DNA from: Candidatus Poribacteria bacterium
GTDB lineage: Bacteria > Poribacteria > WGA-4E > PCPOR2b
Direction of reading: 5' to 3'
DNA length: 64,000 nt
Assembly: GCA_965198175.1 (NCBI GenBank)
Contig: OZ240245.1
Location: 4,768,001 to 4,832,000 of the forward strand
The notes beneath the pieces were generated by a model that saw only the letters and a list, made by a program, of their open reading frames with translations, made no database searches and had not been told where the DNA came from. Position numbers and translations under genes: made by a program. Shown here piece by piece: positions 29,441 through 40,581 of the stretch; position 1 is the first letter of the stretch, and every line of letters starts with the position of its first letter.

Positions 29441-30304
29441 ATGCCAGAAAAGGATTATTATGAAGTGCTTGGTGTCAGTAAGAATGCTTCGCCTGAAGAG
29501 ATTAAACGCGCATATCGTAAATTGGCAGTGAAATACCATCCGGACAAAAATCCGGAGAACAAAAAAGCCGAGGACAAATTCAAAGAAGCCTCCAATGCGT
29601 ATCAAGTTCTATCAGATCCAGAAAAGCGGAAAATTTATGATTTACATGGGCATGCGGGCGTGCATGACTCAGGATTTCAAGGGTTCAGGAATTACGACGA
29701 GATTTTTTCTCAATTTGGCGATATTTTCGGTCAAGAGATTTTTGGCAATTTTGGCGATGTATTCGGGGATATGTTTACTCGACGTGGATCGCGCTTCCAT
29801 ACGCGCCCCAGTGGCAACTCTCAAGCAAATCTGACAATTACTTTCGAGGAGTCCGTATTTGGTGCGGAAAAGCAGATTCGAATCGATAATCACACTATCA
29901 CAGTTAAGATTCCATCGGGAATTAAAGATGGGCAAATGCTTCGCCTTACTGGTCAGGGCAAATCGGTTAGCGGCGAAAAACGCGGTTCTCTGCAAGTAAA
30001 AATCTCGGTCCAACCTCACCCCAATTTCAAACGGGAAGACCTAAATCTTGTAACTCAGATAACGGTTACCTTCACCCTAGCTGCTTTAGGAGGAAAAATC
30101 CGCCTCCCAATGCTGAGAGGACAGGTGGAATTGAAGATTCCCCCGGGAACACAGCCCGACCAACAGTTGAGATTGCGTGGACGAGGCATCACCGATTCAT
30201 CAGGACACACAGGCGATCTCCGGGTTCAGATTAAGGTTGAAATCCCCCGATCCTTGACGGGAAAACAGAAGGAATTGTTGAGAGAATTCGAAAAGAAGTT
30301 GTAA
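29441..30304 (+). CDS. DnaJ-class chaperone without zinc finger (CbpA-like, class B J-protein)
   Basis: J-domain with HPD, G/F region, C-terminal domains, no CxxCxGxG. Confidence 0.9.
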   Translation: MPEKDYYEVLGVSKNASPEEIKRAYRKLAVKYHPDKNPENKKAEDKFKEASNAYQVLSDPEKRKIYDLHGHAGVHDSGFQGFRNYDEIFSQFGDIFGQEIFGNFGDVFGDMFTRRGSRFHTRPSGNSQANLTITFEESVFGAEKQIRIDNHTITVKIPSGIKDGQMLRLTGQGKSVSGEKRGSLQVKISVQPHPNFKREDLNLVTQITVTFTLAALGGKIRLPMLRGQVELKIPPGTQPDQQLRLRGRGITDSSGHTGDLRVQIKVEIPRSLTGKQKELLREFEKKL

Positions 30305-30433
30305 ATAGTATGGTGAATGGCGGAGTGATCGAGTGAGCTAGACTTAATACTCATCTACTCACCGATTCGGAGCCGTGAAGCAGAAATCGCCCCACCAATC
30401 ACCAGTTATCAAAATTTCAGGAGGATACCGTTA

Positions 30434-31624
30434 ATGCTGTCATTCGCTCAACGGGGCGAAAAAGTCGCACCATCATCGACGTTAGCGATTACTGCAAAAA
30501 TCAACGCGATGTTGGCTGAAGGGTTTGATGTAGTTAAATTTGGAGCCGGAGAACCCGACTTCGACACACCTGACTACATTAAAGAAGCAGCAATCGCTGC
30601 AATTCACGAAGGTTTCACCAAATACACCCCCGCAGCCGGCATCCCAGAACTAAGAACCGCAATCGTTGAGAAATTCAAAAGGGACAACGGCTTAACGTAT
30701 AAACCGTCGCAGATTATCGTTTCCTGCGGCGCGAAGCATTCAATCTATAATATTCTACAAGCAATTTGCAATCCTGGGGATGAAGTCATTTTCGCCGCGC
30801 CATACTGGGTCAGCTATCCTGAAATCGTGAAACTCGCTGATGGAACTCCTGTTGTTATTGAGACTTCCGCCGCGCAAAACTTTTGTATGACCCCGGAACA
30901 GATTGAACAAACCATCACGGATAAAACAAAGGCGATAATTATCAACAGTCCCAGCAACCCTACGGGTACCATCTACGATACAGAAACGCTCAGACAGATT
31001 GCTGAGATTGCGGTTAAACACCGGAGTTACCTTATCTCTGACGAAATCTACGAATCGCTACTATACGACGGTTTGAAGCATCAAAGTATCGCGTCATTTA
31101 GCGAGGACATTCAGGAAATTTCCTTTGTTGTCAACGGAGTGTCCAAAGCGTACTCAATGACGGGGTGGCGGATTGGGTATACAGCCGGGCCCGAAAAAGC
31201 CATTAGCGCAATGTCACGCATCCAGTCTCATAGCACCTCCAATCCCACCTCAATTGCGCAGAAAGCCGCCCACGCTGCGATTACTGGTTCGCAAAAGGCG
31301 GTTGAAGAAATGCGGCGGGCTTTTGAGGAACGACGGAATGTGATTTGCCAGCGCTTCGATGAAATTGAAAGGATTACGTATGTCAAACCGCAAGGGGCGT
31401 TTTATATCTTCCCAGATTTCTCCGCGCATTACGGACGCACCATTCACGGAAAAACAATCCACGGATCTATGGACATGGCAGCATATCTGCTTGAGGATAC
31501 AAAGGTTGGTGTCGTGCCGGGAAATGGATTTGGTGCGGATAGACACCTACGCCTTTCTTTCGCCACTTCGCTCGAAGAAATCCATCGTGGCTTAGACCGA
31601 ATCAGTGGCGGTCTGGAAAGATAA
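30434..31624 (+). CDS. aspC: PLP-dependent aspartate aminotransferase (class I)
   Basis: GEPDF, NSPSNPTG, SDEIY, SKAYSMTGWRIG. Confidence 0.9.
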   Translation: MLSFAQRGEKVAPSSTLAITAKINAMLAEGFDVVKFGAGEPDFDTPDYIKEAAIAAIHEGFTKYTPAAGIPELRTAIVEKFKRDNGLTYKPSQIIVSCGAKHSIYNILQAICNPGDEVIFAAPYWVSYPEIVKLADGTPVVIETSAAQNFCMTPEQIEQTITDKTKAIIINSPSNPTGTIYDTETLRQIAEIAVKHRSYLISDEIYESLLYDGLKHQSIASFSEDIQEISFVVNGVSKAYSMTGWRIGYTAGPEKAISAMSRIQSHSTSNPTSIAQKAAHAAITGSQKAVEEMRRAFEERRNVICQRFDEIERITYVKPQGAFYIFPDFSAHYGRTIHGKTIHGSMDMAAYLLEDTKVGVVPGNGFGADRHLRLSFATSLEEIHRGLDRISGGLER

Positions 31625-31787
31625 AAGGAACGGAGAGTATGAAGTGTGATAAGGCTGGAAAACATTTGCTGGAAATAGTGGGTATTGTGGCCATATAGCT
31701 AAAGTTAATTACCATCATTTTCATAAGCCGTTAATCTTTTACACATTACGAACATGATGAACATGCATTACGCAGATAGAAGGTAAA

Positions 31788-32252
31788 ATGGAGCAAGAAA
31801 AAACTTTGGTTCTGATTAAACCCGACGGCGTTCAGCGAGGGTTAATCGGCGAAATCATCAGTAGATTTGAGCGCAAAGGTCTTAAACTCGTCGGTCTGAA
31901 ATTGCTTCAACTTCCCTGTCAAAAAGCAGAAGAACTCTATTTCCCACATCGGGGGAAGTCTTTCTATGACTATCTAATCCGATTTATGTCATCAACACCC
32001 ATTGTTGCTATCGCCCTTCAGGGCAGAAACGCAATTGAGCTTGTCCGTTTGCTCAACGGTGCAACAAACCCTACCGAATCTGAACCGGGCAGCATCCGAG
32101 GCGATTTCTCAATTGACGTCACCCATAATATCGTACACGCTTCAGATTCCCCGAAGGATGCTCAACGGGAGTTGGAAGTTTTGTTCGATTCAAGCGAACT
32201 CTTTGTATATCAGCGAATCGACGAGGCAATCCTTTATAGTTCGAGAATGTAA
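31788..32252 (+). CDS. ndk: Nucleoside-diphosphate kinase
   Basis: IKPDGVQR, PGSIRGDF, NIVHASDS. Confidence 0.96.
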   Translation: MEQEKTLVLIKPDGVQRGLIGEIISRFERKGLKLVGLKLLQLPCQKAEELYFPHRGKSFYDYLIRFMSSTPIVAIALQGRNAIELVRLLNGATNPTESEPGSIRGDFSIDVTHNIVHASDSPKDAQRELEVLFDSSELFVYQRIDEAILYSSRM

Positions 32253-32316
32253 TTTTCCGAATTCAACGATTCTAGCCGAAGTATAGTCATAATCGGTACT
32301 GAGTTCAAAACACAAT

Positions 32317-33192
32317 TCACAAAATCAAACCAACTTTGCGTAGACTCTGAAAGATGAATTCCTCAATCTGCACGCTATTATTAATATGAATATAGGTAAT
32401 ACCCTGATTCAGACAGAAACCTTTCAAGCGATCGCAATAAGTATTGACTCGTTCGCTGTAGTTAGCAAGAGTTCGATCGCTAACTGTAATTTCTTTTTTC
32501 TCTCCTGTTTCTGCATCTTCTAGACGCAATTCGCCTGAAAGTTTTGGGTGCAGCTCCTCATCACTTAGCAACTGAATGACAGTCAAATCAAACTTTCGAG
32601 CTATGAGCTGCTTAAGCCCCAGTTCATAGCCATCTCTGTCTAAAAAATCTGAGATGACAATCGCAACACCAGTTTGTCTTGTACTAGCGCCAAAGTGTGT
32701 CAAACATGACCCCAGATGGGTTTCTTGCGCTGCGGCTATTGCTTCGATCGCTCTGGAAACCTTCGGGTATTGGCTTTTCCCGTATGTGAGCGGTACAATT
32801 GGAATTATCTGGCCAGAGAGAGTGATAATAGAAACTCGATCGAAATTTGCCAAACCAATATAACTCAAGGTGGCTGCAATTCGTTTGGCGCATTCCAGTT
32901 TTGCGGGAGTCCCAAAACTCATCGACTTGCTATTATCAATAAAAATAAAGATTGAAAGGTCTTCATCAGCGCTGAACAACTTGATAAAGGGAAGATTCAA
33001 CCGAGCATAAACATTCCAGTCAATATGTCGCAAATCGTCCCCAAGTTCATAGGGACGGTAATCGACAAACTCGATGCCGACACCACGATTGAGGCTCCGT
33101 CGTTCACCTTTAGACTTGCCCCGGAACATCTTGTGAGAGCGAATTTGTAGACAATCCAGTTGTTTGAGAAATTTAACGTTTAAAAGTGACAT
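32317..33192 (-). CDS. DUF58 (vWA-associated) protein
   Basis: EFVDYRPY..GDDLRHIDWNVYAR, DNSKSM, ISDF. Confidence 0.9.
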   Translation of the reverse strand: MSLLNVKFLKQLDCLQIRSHKMFRGKSKGERRSLNRGVGIEFVDYRPYELGDDLRHIDWNVYARLNLPFIKLFSADEDLSIFIFIDNSKSMSFGTPAKLECAKRIAATLSYIGLANFDRVSIITLSGQIIPIVPLTYGKSQYPKVSRAIEAIAAAQETHLGSCLTHFGASTRQTGVAIVISDFLDRDGYELGLKQLIARKFDLTVIQLLSDEELHPKLSGELRLEDAETGEKKEITVSDRTLANYSERVNTYCDRLKGFCLNQGITYIHINNSVQIEEFIFQSLRKVGLIL

Positions 33193-33467
33193 ACTCCCAA
33201 TATATTCAGATGTGCATTCGTAGTTCCGTCCTGCCCCGACAAGATGTATATCTTGATTTCATCCGGATATAGCAATTCTCTTTTTCGCGCTATGTTTTGG
33301 ATTCTCCGATTTTCACGATTTTTGGACTCCCGACTAAGAAATTCTTCGCTAGGCGTATTTTAGCAAACTTTTTCCCAAACCGCCATTTAAATCTCATCCT
33401 AACGCTGATGCTGTATCAGCAGCATTCTTCAGAGAGGTTGAACATCACATCCATGCTGAATTTTGGC

Positions 33468-33496
33468 TTGCAACTGCCCATAAAATGTGGTATATT
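33468..33496 (+). promoter_or_regulatory. Sigma70-type promoter of the tRNA-tig operon
   Basis: TTGCAA-17-TATATT with extended TG. Confidence 0.6.
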
Positions 33497-33513
33497 TAGT
33501 CTACTTTTGGAAT

Positions 33514-33590
<77 letters not shown>

Positions 33591-33629
33591 AATGAATCTA
33601 CAATAAACATGGGTCATAGACAGCTTAAG

Positions 33630-33718
33630 GGATGGGATACAGTACGGCAAGCGCGCTTGACAAGCGTGTTTCAATCTGAAGAATCGAAAGGTTAGAGGTT
33701 CAAATCTGTGCCCATCCA
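33630..33718 (+). pseudogene. Degenerate tRNA-like element (GAA anticodon-like loop)
   Basis: ggatggg/cccatcc acceptor stem, ctGAAga loop, ggttcaaatc T-loop, enlarged D region, broken T stem. Confidence 0.5.
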
Positions 33719-33732
33719 ATGTTAATGTTATT

Positions 33733-33809
33733 GCGCCCGTAGCTCAGTTGGATAGAGCAACTGACTTCTAATCAGTAGGTCGCGGGTTCGAATCCTGCCG
33801 GGCGTGCCA
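33733..33809 (+). tRNA. tRNA-Arg(TCT)
   Basis: actga-ct TCT aa-tcagt; encoded CCA. Confidence 0.96.
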
Positions 33810-33816
33810 TGATGAT

Positions 33817-33893
33817 GGTGGATGTAGCTCAGTCGGTAGAGCACTTGACTGTGGATCAAGTGGTCGTGGGTTCAAATCCCATCATCCACCCCA
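33817..33893 (+). tRNA. tRNA-His(GTG)
   Basis: G-1, cttga-ct GTG ga-tcaag; encoded CCA. Confidence 0.96.
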
Positions 33894-33952
33894 TTTTTTC
33901 TGTTGAAGATTGAAAGTGGAGTGCCGTCTGCTAATCTTTGATATGGTGAGTG

Positions 33953-34023
33953 GCGCCCGTAGCTCAATCTGGATAGAGCAATAGACTTCGGATCTGATGG
34001 GGGTTCGAGTCCCTCTGGACGCA
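33953..34023 (+). tRNA. tRNA-Arg(TCG), atypical or pseudo
   Basis: Arg-type D arm and ct TCG ga loop, but shortened anticodon-3'/variable region and a C-A mismatch in the acceptor stem. Confidence 0.6.
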
Positions 34024-34034
34024 TTGTTGTCTTT

Positions 34035-34107
34035 GCGCCGTTAGCTCAATTGGCAGAGCATCTGACTCTTAATCAGGCGGTTGAAGGTTCGATTCCTTCA
34101 CGGCGCA
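34035..34107 (+). tRNA. tRNA-Lys(CTT)
   Basis: tctga-ct CTT aa-tcagg cloverleaf. Confidence 0.95.
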
Positions 34108-34117
34108 TCACGAGTAT

Positions 34118-34201
34118 GGGCGGGTGTTGAAATTGGCAGACAAGATAGACTTAGGATCTATTGGGGTTACTCCCGTGAGGGTTCGAGTCCCTCCTCGCCC
34201 A
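34118..34201 (+). tRNA. tRNA-Leu(TAG)
   Basis: ataga-ct TAG ga-tctat, long variable arm. Confidence 0.95.
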
Positions 34202-34237
34202 TCTCTCACATCTTTAGGATATAGGCTGGAGATTTAG

Positions 34238-35545
34238 TTGAAGGTTGCAGTAGAAAAGCTGGGAAATAATCAAATGTGCCTGCGGATAGAAATTTCCGCT
34301 GAAGAGATCAATGAAGAACTTGAACGCACTTATCGGGCGTTACGAACGAAAGTTTCCGTTCCCGGCTTTCGGAGAGGAAGGGTTCCTTCTAGTATCCTTA
34401 AAGCGCGTTTCGCTGAATATATTAAATCTGAATCCCTTCAAAATCTTGTCCCACCCGCCTACGAACAAGCGTTAGACTCTGAGAAGCTTACTCCCCTTAA
34501 CAGCCCTGAAATTTCGCCACCGCTTGATCAAATAGAGATTGAGGAGGGTAAGCCGATTGTTTTTGAAGCCACTATTGATATTCAACCCGATCTCGTCCTT
34601 CCTAACTACGAAGAGTTGATTATAGATAAAACCCCGGCGAATGTGCCACGAGATGAAGTTGAGGCGTATATCCGCAAATTACAAGCGCAGCATGCTACCT
34701 TTGTGCCGCTTGAGGTGAATCGGCCTGTTCAGATAGGAGATTCTGTCAGGGTTGACTGGGAATGTTTTGTTGACGGGCAGCCGATTAAAGATGGAGCCAA
34801 GCAAGATGTGGATGTTGAAATCGGACGGGGTACCCTTTTGCCCGAAATCGAGGAGGCACTCATCGACATGTCTGTTGGAAGTTCCAAGAAAATCGGGGTT
34901 GACTTTGAGCAGACCGCAGCAAATTCAGAACTCGCTGGCAAACGAGCGGTGTTCCATCTGACATTACATGCACTTACGGAAAAGCACCTTCCTGCGCTTG
35001 ATGACGAATTCGCCAAAGATTTGGAATATGAAAATTATGACCAACTCTATGGTGCAATTTGGAACAACCTCGTAGAAGAACAGAAGGGTATTATATACCA
35101 ACGTCAGCGGGATGAAGTCCTTCAGCAGTTAATTGAGAAAGCTGGGATCGATCTTCCTGAGTCATTAATCGACCGGCACGTACAGCAGATGACTCAGAAT
35201 ATTCAAGGACAATTGAGAACTGAAGGTAAAACGCCAGAGCAGGCGGGAGTGGATATGGAAAAACTTCCATCAGAACTTCGTGGAGATGCGATTCGGCAAA
35301 TTAAACAAGCGTGGATTTTTGATACTATTGCTGAAGAAGAAAATATCGGTGTGACGGATGACGAATTAGATATAGAAATTCGGCTTATTGCAGAACGACA
35401 AAACCGAGACTCTCAAAAATACGCCAGTTTGCTAAAGGTGAGCAATCGCTTGGAAGAATTCAGAGAGCAGCTACGGAATGAAAAGATATATGCATTCCTT
35501 ATTCAGCAGGCTTCCGCGAAGCAGTCCTTGATCATCCCTTCGTAA
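34238..35545 (+). CDS. tig: Trigger factor
   Basis: VPGFRRGRVP ribosome-binding motif, FKBP-like domain, position before clpP. Confidence 0.95.
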   Translation: MKVAVEKLGNNQMCLRIEISAEEINEELERTYRALRTKVSVPGFRRGRVPSSILKARFAEYIKSESLQNLVPPAYEQALDSEKLTPLNSPEISPPLDQIEIEEGKPIVFEATIDIQPDLVLPNYEELIIDKTPANVPRDEVEAYIRKLQAQHATFVPLEVNRPVQIGDSVRVDWECFVDGQPIKDGAKQDVDVEIGRGTLLPEIEEALIDMSVGSSKKIGVDFEQTAANSELAGKRAVFHLTLHALTEKHLPALDDEFAKDLEYENYDQLYGAIWNNLVEEQKGIIYQRQRDEVLQQLIEKAGIDLPESLIDRHVQQMTQNIQGQLRTEGKTPEQAGVDMEKLPSELRGDAIRQIKQAWIFDTIAEEENIGVTDDELDIEIRLIAERQNRDSQKYASLLKVSNRLEEFREQLRNEKIYAFLIQQASAKQSLIIPS

Positions 35546-35591
35546 TATAATTTGCGTGCTTTCGTCACATCCTGAATTATGAGGAGCACCG

Positions 35592-36203
35592 ATGAACCTT
35601 GTTCCTATTGTTGTGGAACAAACTAGTCGTGGTGAACGATCCTATGATATTTACTCACGGTTACTTAAGGATCGGATTATTATGGCTGGAGCGGCAATTG
35701 ATGATGCTGTTGCAAACAGTATCATTGCCCAGATGCTCTTTTTGGAGAGTGACAATCCAGATGCGGACATCGTGCTTTATGTCAATACGCTAGGAGGTTC
35801 TGTATCAGCGGGATTGGCTATCTATGACACCATGCAATATATCAGACCTGATATTCAGACATGGTGCGTCGGTCAAGCCTACAGCATGGGTGCTATTCTA
35901 CTAGCTGGCGGCGCCGCTGGTAAACGGTACGCTCTGCCTCATTCCACAGTTTTAATTCACCAACCCATTATAAGTGGCGTTGGCGGACAGGCCTCTGACA
36001 TTGATATTCAGGCGAAAGAAATCCTTCGCATCCGGGAAGAGTTGTATGCTATATTAGCGAAGCATACGGGGCAATCCGACGATAAAATTCAAGCAGATGC
36101 AGACCGGGATTTTTTTATGACTGCCCAACAAGCGCTTAAATACGGCATCGTGGATAACGTTGTTTCTCGCCGAGTAACTCAGGTGCAGAAGGATGAAGCG
36201 TGA
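35592..36203 (+). CDS. clpP: ATP-dependent Clp protease proteolytic subunit
   Basis: [27 protein letters not shown]. Confidence 0.97.
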   Translation: MNLVPIVVEQTSRGERSYDIYSRLLKDRIIMAGAAIDDAVANSIIAQMLFLESDNPDADIVLYVNTLGGSVSAGLAIYDTMQYIRPDIQTWCVGQAYSMGAILLAGGAAGKRYALPHSTVLIHQPIISGVGGQASDIDIQAKEILRIREELYAILAKHTGQSDDKIQADADRDFFMTAQQALKYGIVDNVVSRRVTQVQKDEA

Positions 36204-36447
36204 GATGTGATAATGAAATTACTGATTTGACCTGTCTCTGTATTGGCTGTTGAACTTATTTTCTATAATCTCTTGGCTCAGTTAAAGCAAAGTGCTAATT
36301 TATTGGAAGGTCGAGGCCGCCAGCCAATACAAGTTCTGGGGTTTAGTATGAAACTTGCCTGCCCAAACCGCGCCGAATCCCTGTTTGAACTAATCTTTGG
36401 CATGAGCTATTCCCCTTTATACTAGTCACCAACTCTTGGAGAATCTT

Positions 36448-37716
36448 ATGTCTAGTAATCGTGAAGACAATTTACGGTGTTCTTTTTGCAACAAAAGCAA
36501 AGATGATGTAAGACGGCTAATTGTAGGCTTAAACACAGTATACATTTGTGACGAATGTGTTGAGGTATGTCACGATATTATCACAGATGACGATGAAGAA
36601 GAACATGCCGATGAATCTTCAGCTCTTTCCGATGGAATTTCTCTCCCTCACCCGTCTGAAATTAAAACAAAGCTCGATGAGTATGTGATTGGTCAAGAAA
36701 AAGCAAAAAAGATTTTAGCTGTTGCTGTCTATAATCACTACAAAAGATTGAAATTTGAAAAAAATCCAGTTGGCGTAGATTTAGACAAAAGCAATATTCT
36801 GCTGATGGGACCGACAGGAACGGGAAAGACTCTTCTGGCTCAAACGTTGGCTCGGATATTGAATGTGCCTTTCGCGATTACTGACGCGACAACCCTGACA
36901 GAAGCGGGATACGTAGGTGAGGATGTTGAGAATATTGTCTTGAAGCTTCTACAGGCAGCAGACGGCGATGTTGAGCGAGCTGAAACTGGTATTATTTACA
37001 TTGACGAGATTGACAAGATTAGTCGAAAATTCGAAAATCCTTCCATTACGCGAGATGTTTCGGGCGAAGGTGTCCAACAAGCATTATTGAAGATTTTGGA
37101 GGGCAAAACAGCCAATGTGCCTCCACAAGGGGGACGGAAACATCCACACCAAGAATATATTGAAGTAGATACCTCGAAAATTCTATTTATATGTGGCGGC
37201 ACGTTTATTGGACTCGAAAAAATTGTCCAGGAGCGCATTGGCAAGCAAATGATGGGCTTCGGTTCAGAAGTCCAAGCGAAGCGTGAGAGTAAAGTCCACG
37301 AACTTCTTGAGCAAGCAATCTCCAAAGATTTGATAAAATATGGCTTTATCCCGGAGTTCATTGGACGTCTGCCTATAACTGCAACACTTCACGAGTTAGA
37401 TGAACCTGCATTAATTCAAATTTTAACTGAACCCCAAAATGCCGTTGTAAAACAGTACTGCCAGCTTTTTAGTTATGAAGACGTTAACCTTCAGGTGACA
37501 GAGGAAGGACTTGCCGCTATTGCTCAAGAGGTTATTAGGCGTGAGACGGGGGCAAGAGGATTAAGGGCAATCATGGAAAGTATTATGTTAGATACGATGT
37601 ATGAAATCCCAGCTCTGAAAGGTGTCCGGGAATGTATCATCACAGCGGATTCTGTCTTGAAGGGCAAACCGCCTTTGTTGGTTTATGAGGATGACCGGAA
37701 AGTGTTGAGTGCCTGA
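36448..37716 (+). CDS. clpX: ATP-dependent Clp protease ATP-binding subunit
   Basis: CSFC..CDEC zinc finger, [24 protein letters not shown] loop. Confidence 0.97.
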   Translation: MSSNREDNLRCSFCNKSKDDVRRLIVGLNTVYICDECVEVCHDIITDDDEEEHADESSALSDGISLPHPSEIKTKLDEYVIGQEKAKKILAVAVYNHYKRLKFEKNPVGVDLDKSNILLMGPTGTGKTLLAQTLARILNVPFAITDATTLTEAGYVGEDVENIVLKLLQAADGDVERAETGIIYIDEIDKISRKFENPSITRDVSGEGVQQALLKILEGKTANVPPQGGRKHPHQEYIEVDTSKILFICGGTFIGLEKIVQERIGKQMMGFGSEVQAKRESKVHELLEQAISKDLIKYGFIPEFIGRLPITATLHELDEPALIQILTEPQNAVVKQYCQLFSYEDVNLQVTEEGLAAIAQEVIRRETGARGLRAIMESIMLDTMYEIPALKGVRECIITADSVLKGKPPLLVYEDDRKVLSA

Positions 37717-37753
37717 TATAACAAACAATTGATGATTAACAAGGAGTCAAAGT

Positions 37754-40204
37754 ATGGATCCGAATCTAATCACAGACCATCAGATAGATGAAAGTGGTAT
37801 TCTACCGGTTATTCCTTTACCTGGTAAGGGTGTCATTTTTCCACGACATAATCAACCGCTCGTTGTGATTCGCAAGATGGGAGTTTTGGCGGCGACGAAT
37901 GCTTTACATACAGGTTCGTTGGTCCTTTTACTCAATCAGAAGGACAAGGAAAAAGAGGAACCTGCCCCTGAGGATTTTTATCGAGTCGGAACAGTCGCAA
38001 GCATCGCCGAATCTTATGACCCCCATGATGGAACAATTCGGATTGCAATCGTCGGAGAAAATCGGGCAATTGTCCTTCGATGCTTTGAAAAAGACGGATT
38101 TCTTCAAGCGGAAATCAAAATTATACGCGAGGCGTCGGATAAGTCGAAAGAGGCTAAGTCGCTAATGAAAATAGCGATTAACACTTTTGAAAAATATATC
38201 AAGGCAAACCGGCAGCAAATTTCCTCTGAATCCTTGATTGTTCTTCGGAAAGAAGAGGAACCCGGCAATCTAGCAGATTCAATTGCCATGTTCGTTAGCC
38301 CTAACGTAGAGTCAGAGAAATTACAACGTATCCTGGACGAGACAAATCCCATTAAACGCTTACAGGTAGTCATCGAACTTCTTGAAGAAGAATTAGATTT
38401 GATCGAGCTGGAAGAGAAACTCAATCATCAAGTACGGAAATCGGTTGAAAAAACCCATCGAGAGTTCTACCTCCACGAGAAGATGAAGGCAATCCAAAAA
38501 GAACTCGGCAGAGGAGGAGACGATTTTGCTGAAATCGAGGAACTGCGCGAACAGATAAAGGCAGCCGGCATGAACGAAGAGGCCGAGGAGAAAGCGATCA
38601 AGGAGGTCGATCGGCTTCAACAGGTGCCGCCGATGTCCGCCGAAGCTGGCGTCATCCGAACTTATATCGACTGGCTTCTGGCAATGCCTTGGAGTAAACG
38701 AACGGAGGGCAAAATCGGGCTTGATGAAGCAGAGCAGATGTTAGAAGAAGATCATTACGGCCTCGAAAAACCCAAAGAACGGATCCTTGAATTTCTTGCT
38801 GTTCTCAAATTGGTTGATAAACTCAAAGGGCCGATTCTCTGTTTTGTCGGCCCGCCCGGCGTTGGCAAAACTTCGTTGGGGAAATCGATCGCCCGCGCAA
38901 CGGACCGGAACTTTATCCGTATGTCTCTGGGAGGGGTTCGTGATGAAGCCGAAATTCGTGGACACCGCCGGACATATATCGGCGCTTTACCCGGTCGAGT
39001 TGTTCAAGGTTTACGAGATGCCAAATCAAGAAATCCGCTTTTTCTTTTGGATGAAATTGATAAAATGAGTATGGACTTTCGAGGCGATCCCGCTTCTGCG
39101 CTATTGGAAGTGCTTGACCCTGAACAGAACGACACCTTCCGGGATCACTACCTTGATGTTCAATTTGACCTGTCTGAAGTGATGTTTATAACGACGGCCA
39201 ATACGCGAGTGACCATTCCAGCACCTTTGCAAGATCGTATGGAAATCATTGAGTTACCTGGATACACAGAGTATGAAAAACACAAAATTGCTAGTCTGTT
39301 CCTCGTTCCGAAACAACTCAAAGCCCATGGTCTGAAGGAGAAATCCATTCAATTCTCAGATGAATCCATTTTTGGGACCATACATAAATATACGCGTGAG
39401 GCTGGCGTTCGAAATTTGGAACGGGAAATCACGGGCATCTGTCGCAAAGTTGCGAAGAAAATTGTGAAAGATGGAAACGAGAACGCACAAATCCAGATTG
39501 ATGTTGACAATCTCGGTGAGTATCTGGGACCTCCAAAATTTACGCGTGGAAAAGCAGAAGAACACGACGAAGTTGGCGTTGCGACCGGGATGGTCTACAC
39601 GCCGGTAGGCGGGGATATCATTGGCATTGAAGTTACTACCATGCGAGGGGACGGCGAATTGGCTTTGACAGGCCAACTTGGGGACATTATGCGTGAATCA
39701 GCGCAGACCGCACTTGCTTATATTCGATCGTTCGCGGAATCGCTCGATGTGCCTCCTGATTTTGATTTCGAGAAAAATGACATCCATATCCACGTTCCCG
39801 AGGGGGCAGTTCCCAAAGAGGGACCTTCGGCGGGAATTACGCTTGCCACTGCGATGATTTCCGCACTGACCGGTAAAGAGGTTCGGAAAGATGTTGCGAT
39901 GACCGGAGAAATCACGTTGCGCGGACGCGTCCTGCCAATTGGAGGTCTGAAGGAAAAAGTTCTGGCAGCCCACAGAAATAGTATAACGAGTATCATTATC
40001 CCTGAGGATAACGACAAGGATCTCCCTGAAATTCCCGACGAAATTAGGAACAGCGTCCATTTTTACAAGGTCGATGGCATGATGGAAGTATTAGATGTAG
40101 CTCTGAAGCATGCTGATGCGCATGAACAAGCTGCACCACTAGATTTGGCTTTGAGGAAAACCGATGCGTCTAGACAAGTTTCTACAGGTAAGCCGCATCA
40201 TTAA
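37754..40204 (+). CDS. lon: Lon protease
   Basis: GPPGVGKTS, GHRRTYIGA, PKEGPSAG catalytic Ser, GGLKEK. Confidence 0.97.
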   Translation: MDPNLITDHQIDESGILPVIPLPGKGVIFPRHNQPLVVIRKMGVLAATNALHTGSLVLLLNQKDKEKEEPAPEDFYRVGTVASIAESYDPHDGTIRIAIVGENRAIVLRCFEKDGFLQAEIKIIREASDKSKEAKSLMKIAINTFEKYIKANRQQISSESLIVLRKEEEPGNLADSIAMFVSPNVESEKLQRILDETNPIKRLQVVIELLEEELDLIELEEKLNHQVRKSVEKTHREFYLHEKMKAIQKELGRGGDDFAEIEELREQIKAAGMNEEAEEKAIKEVDRLQQVPPMSAEAGVIRTYIDWLLAMPWSKRTEGKIGLDEAEQMLEEDHYGLEKPKERILEFLAVLKLVDKLKGPILCFVGPPGVGKTSLGKSIARATDRNFIRMSLGGVRDEAEIRGHRRTYIGALPGRVVQGLRDAKSRNPLFLLDEIDKMSMDFRGDPASALLEVLDPEQNDTFRDHYLDVQFDLSEVMFITTANTRVTIPAPLQDRMEIIELPGYTEYEKHKIASLFLVPKQLKAHGLKEKSIQFSDESIFGTIHKYTREAGVRNLEREITGICRKVAKKIVKDGNENAQIQIDVDNLGEYLGPPKFTRGKAEEHDEVGVATGMVYTPVGGDIIGIEVTTMRGDGELALTGQLGDIMRESAQTALAYIRSFAESLDVPPDFDFEKNDIHIHVPEGAVPKEGPSAGITLATAMISALTGKEVRKDVAMTGEITLRGRVLPIGGLKEKVLAAHRNSITSIIIPEDNDKDLPEIPDEIRNSVHFYKVDGMMEVLDVALKHADAHEQAAPLDLALRKTDASRQVSTGKPHH

Positions 40205-40433
40205 ACGTCGCACTGTTGTGACTAAACTTTGTCAGCATGGTCGGGTTCAGGTCAACGGACAAAAAGCCAAAGCCGGCAGAACGCTCGTAGTAGGTGATAT
40301 TCTATCGATTAGGATAGGCGAACAGGAGCCATCTGTATATGAAGTTATAAAGTTGCCATCTGGCGCCGTATCCAAAGAGAAAGCTCCGGACCTTTATCAG
40401 AATATCTCTGCGCCACCGCGTGGAAATGCATGA
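40164..40433 (+). CDS. S4-domain RNA-binding protein (HslR/RqcP-YabO-like)
   Basis: MRLDKFLQVSRIIKRR..GRVQVNGQKAKAG. Confidence 0.88.
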   Translation: MRLDKFLQVSRIIKRRTVVTKLCQHGRVQVNGQKAKAGRTLVVGDILSIRIGEQEPSVYEVIKLPSGAVSKEKAPDLYQNISAPPRGNA

Positions 40434-40581
40434 AAGTTCTTATATTGCGCTTCAGCTCTTAGTTTTTAGGCGCTGCACATCAACGCAAACCACCTGCCTC
40501 TTTGACTGCCCCCTTATTCCTCGCCGAGGTTCCCCATCATATCTTGGTTGAAATCGATCATTATGCCATTGAGGAAATCAA

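Noticed and set aside
40164..40204. 41-nt overlap between lon and the S4 gene as a frameshift signal
   Set aside because: Lon is complete before the overlap; ordinary tail overlap
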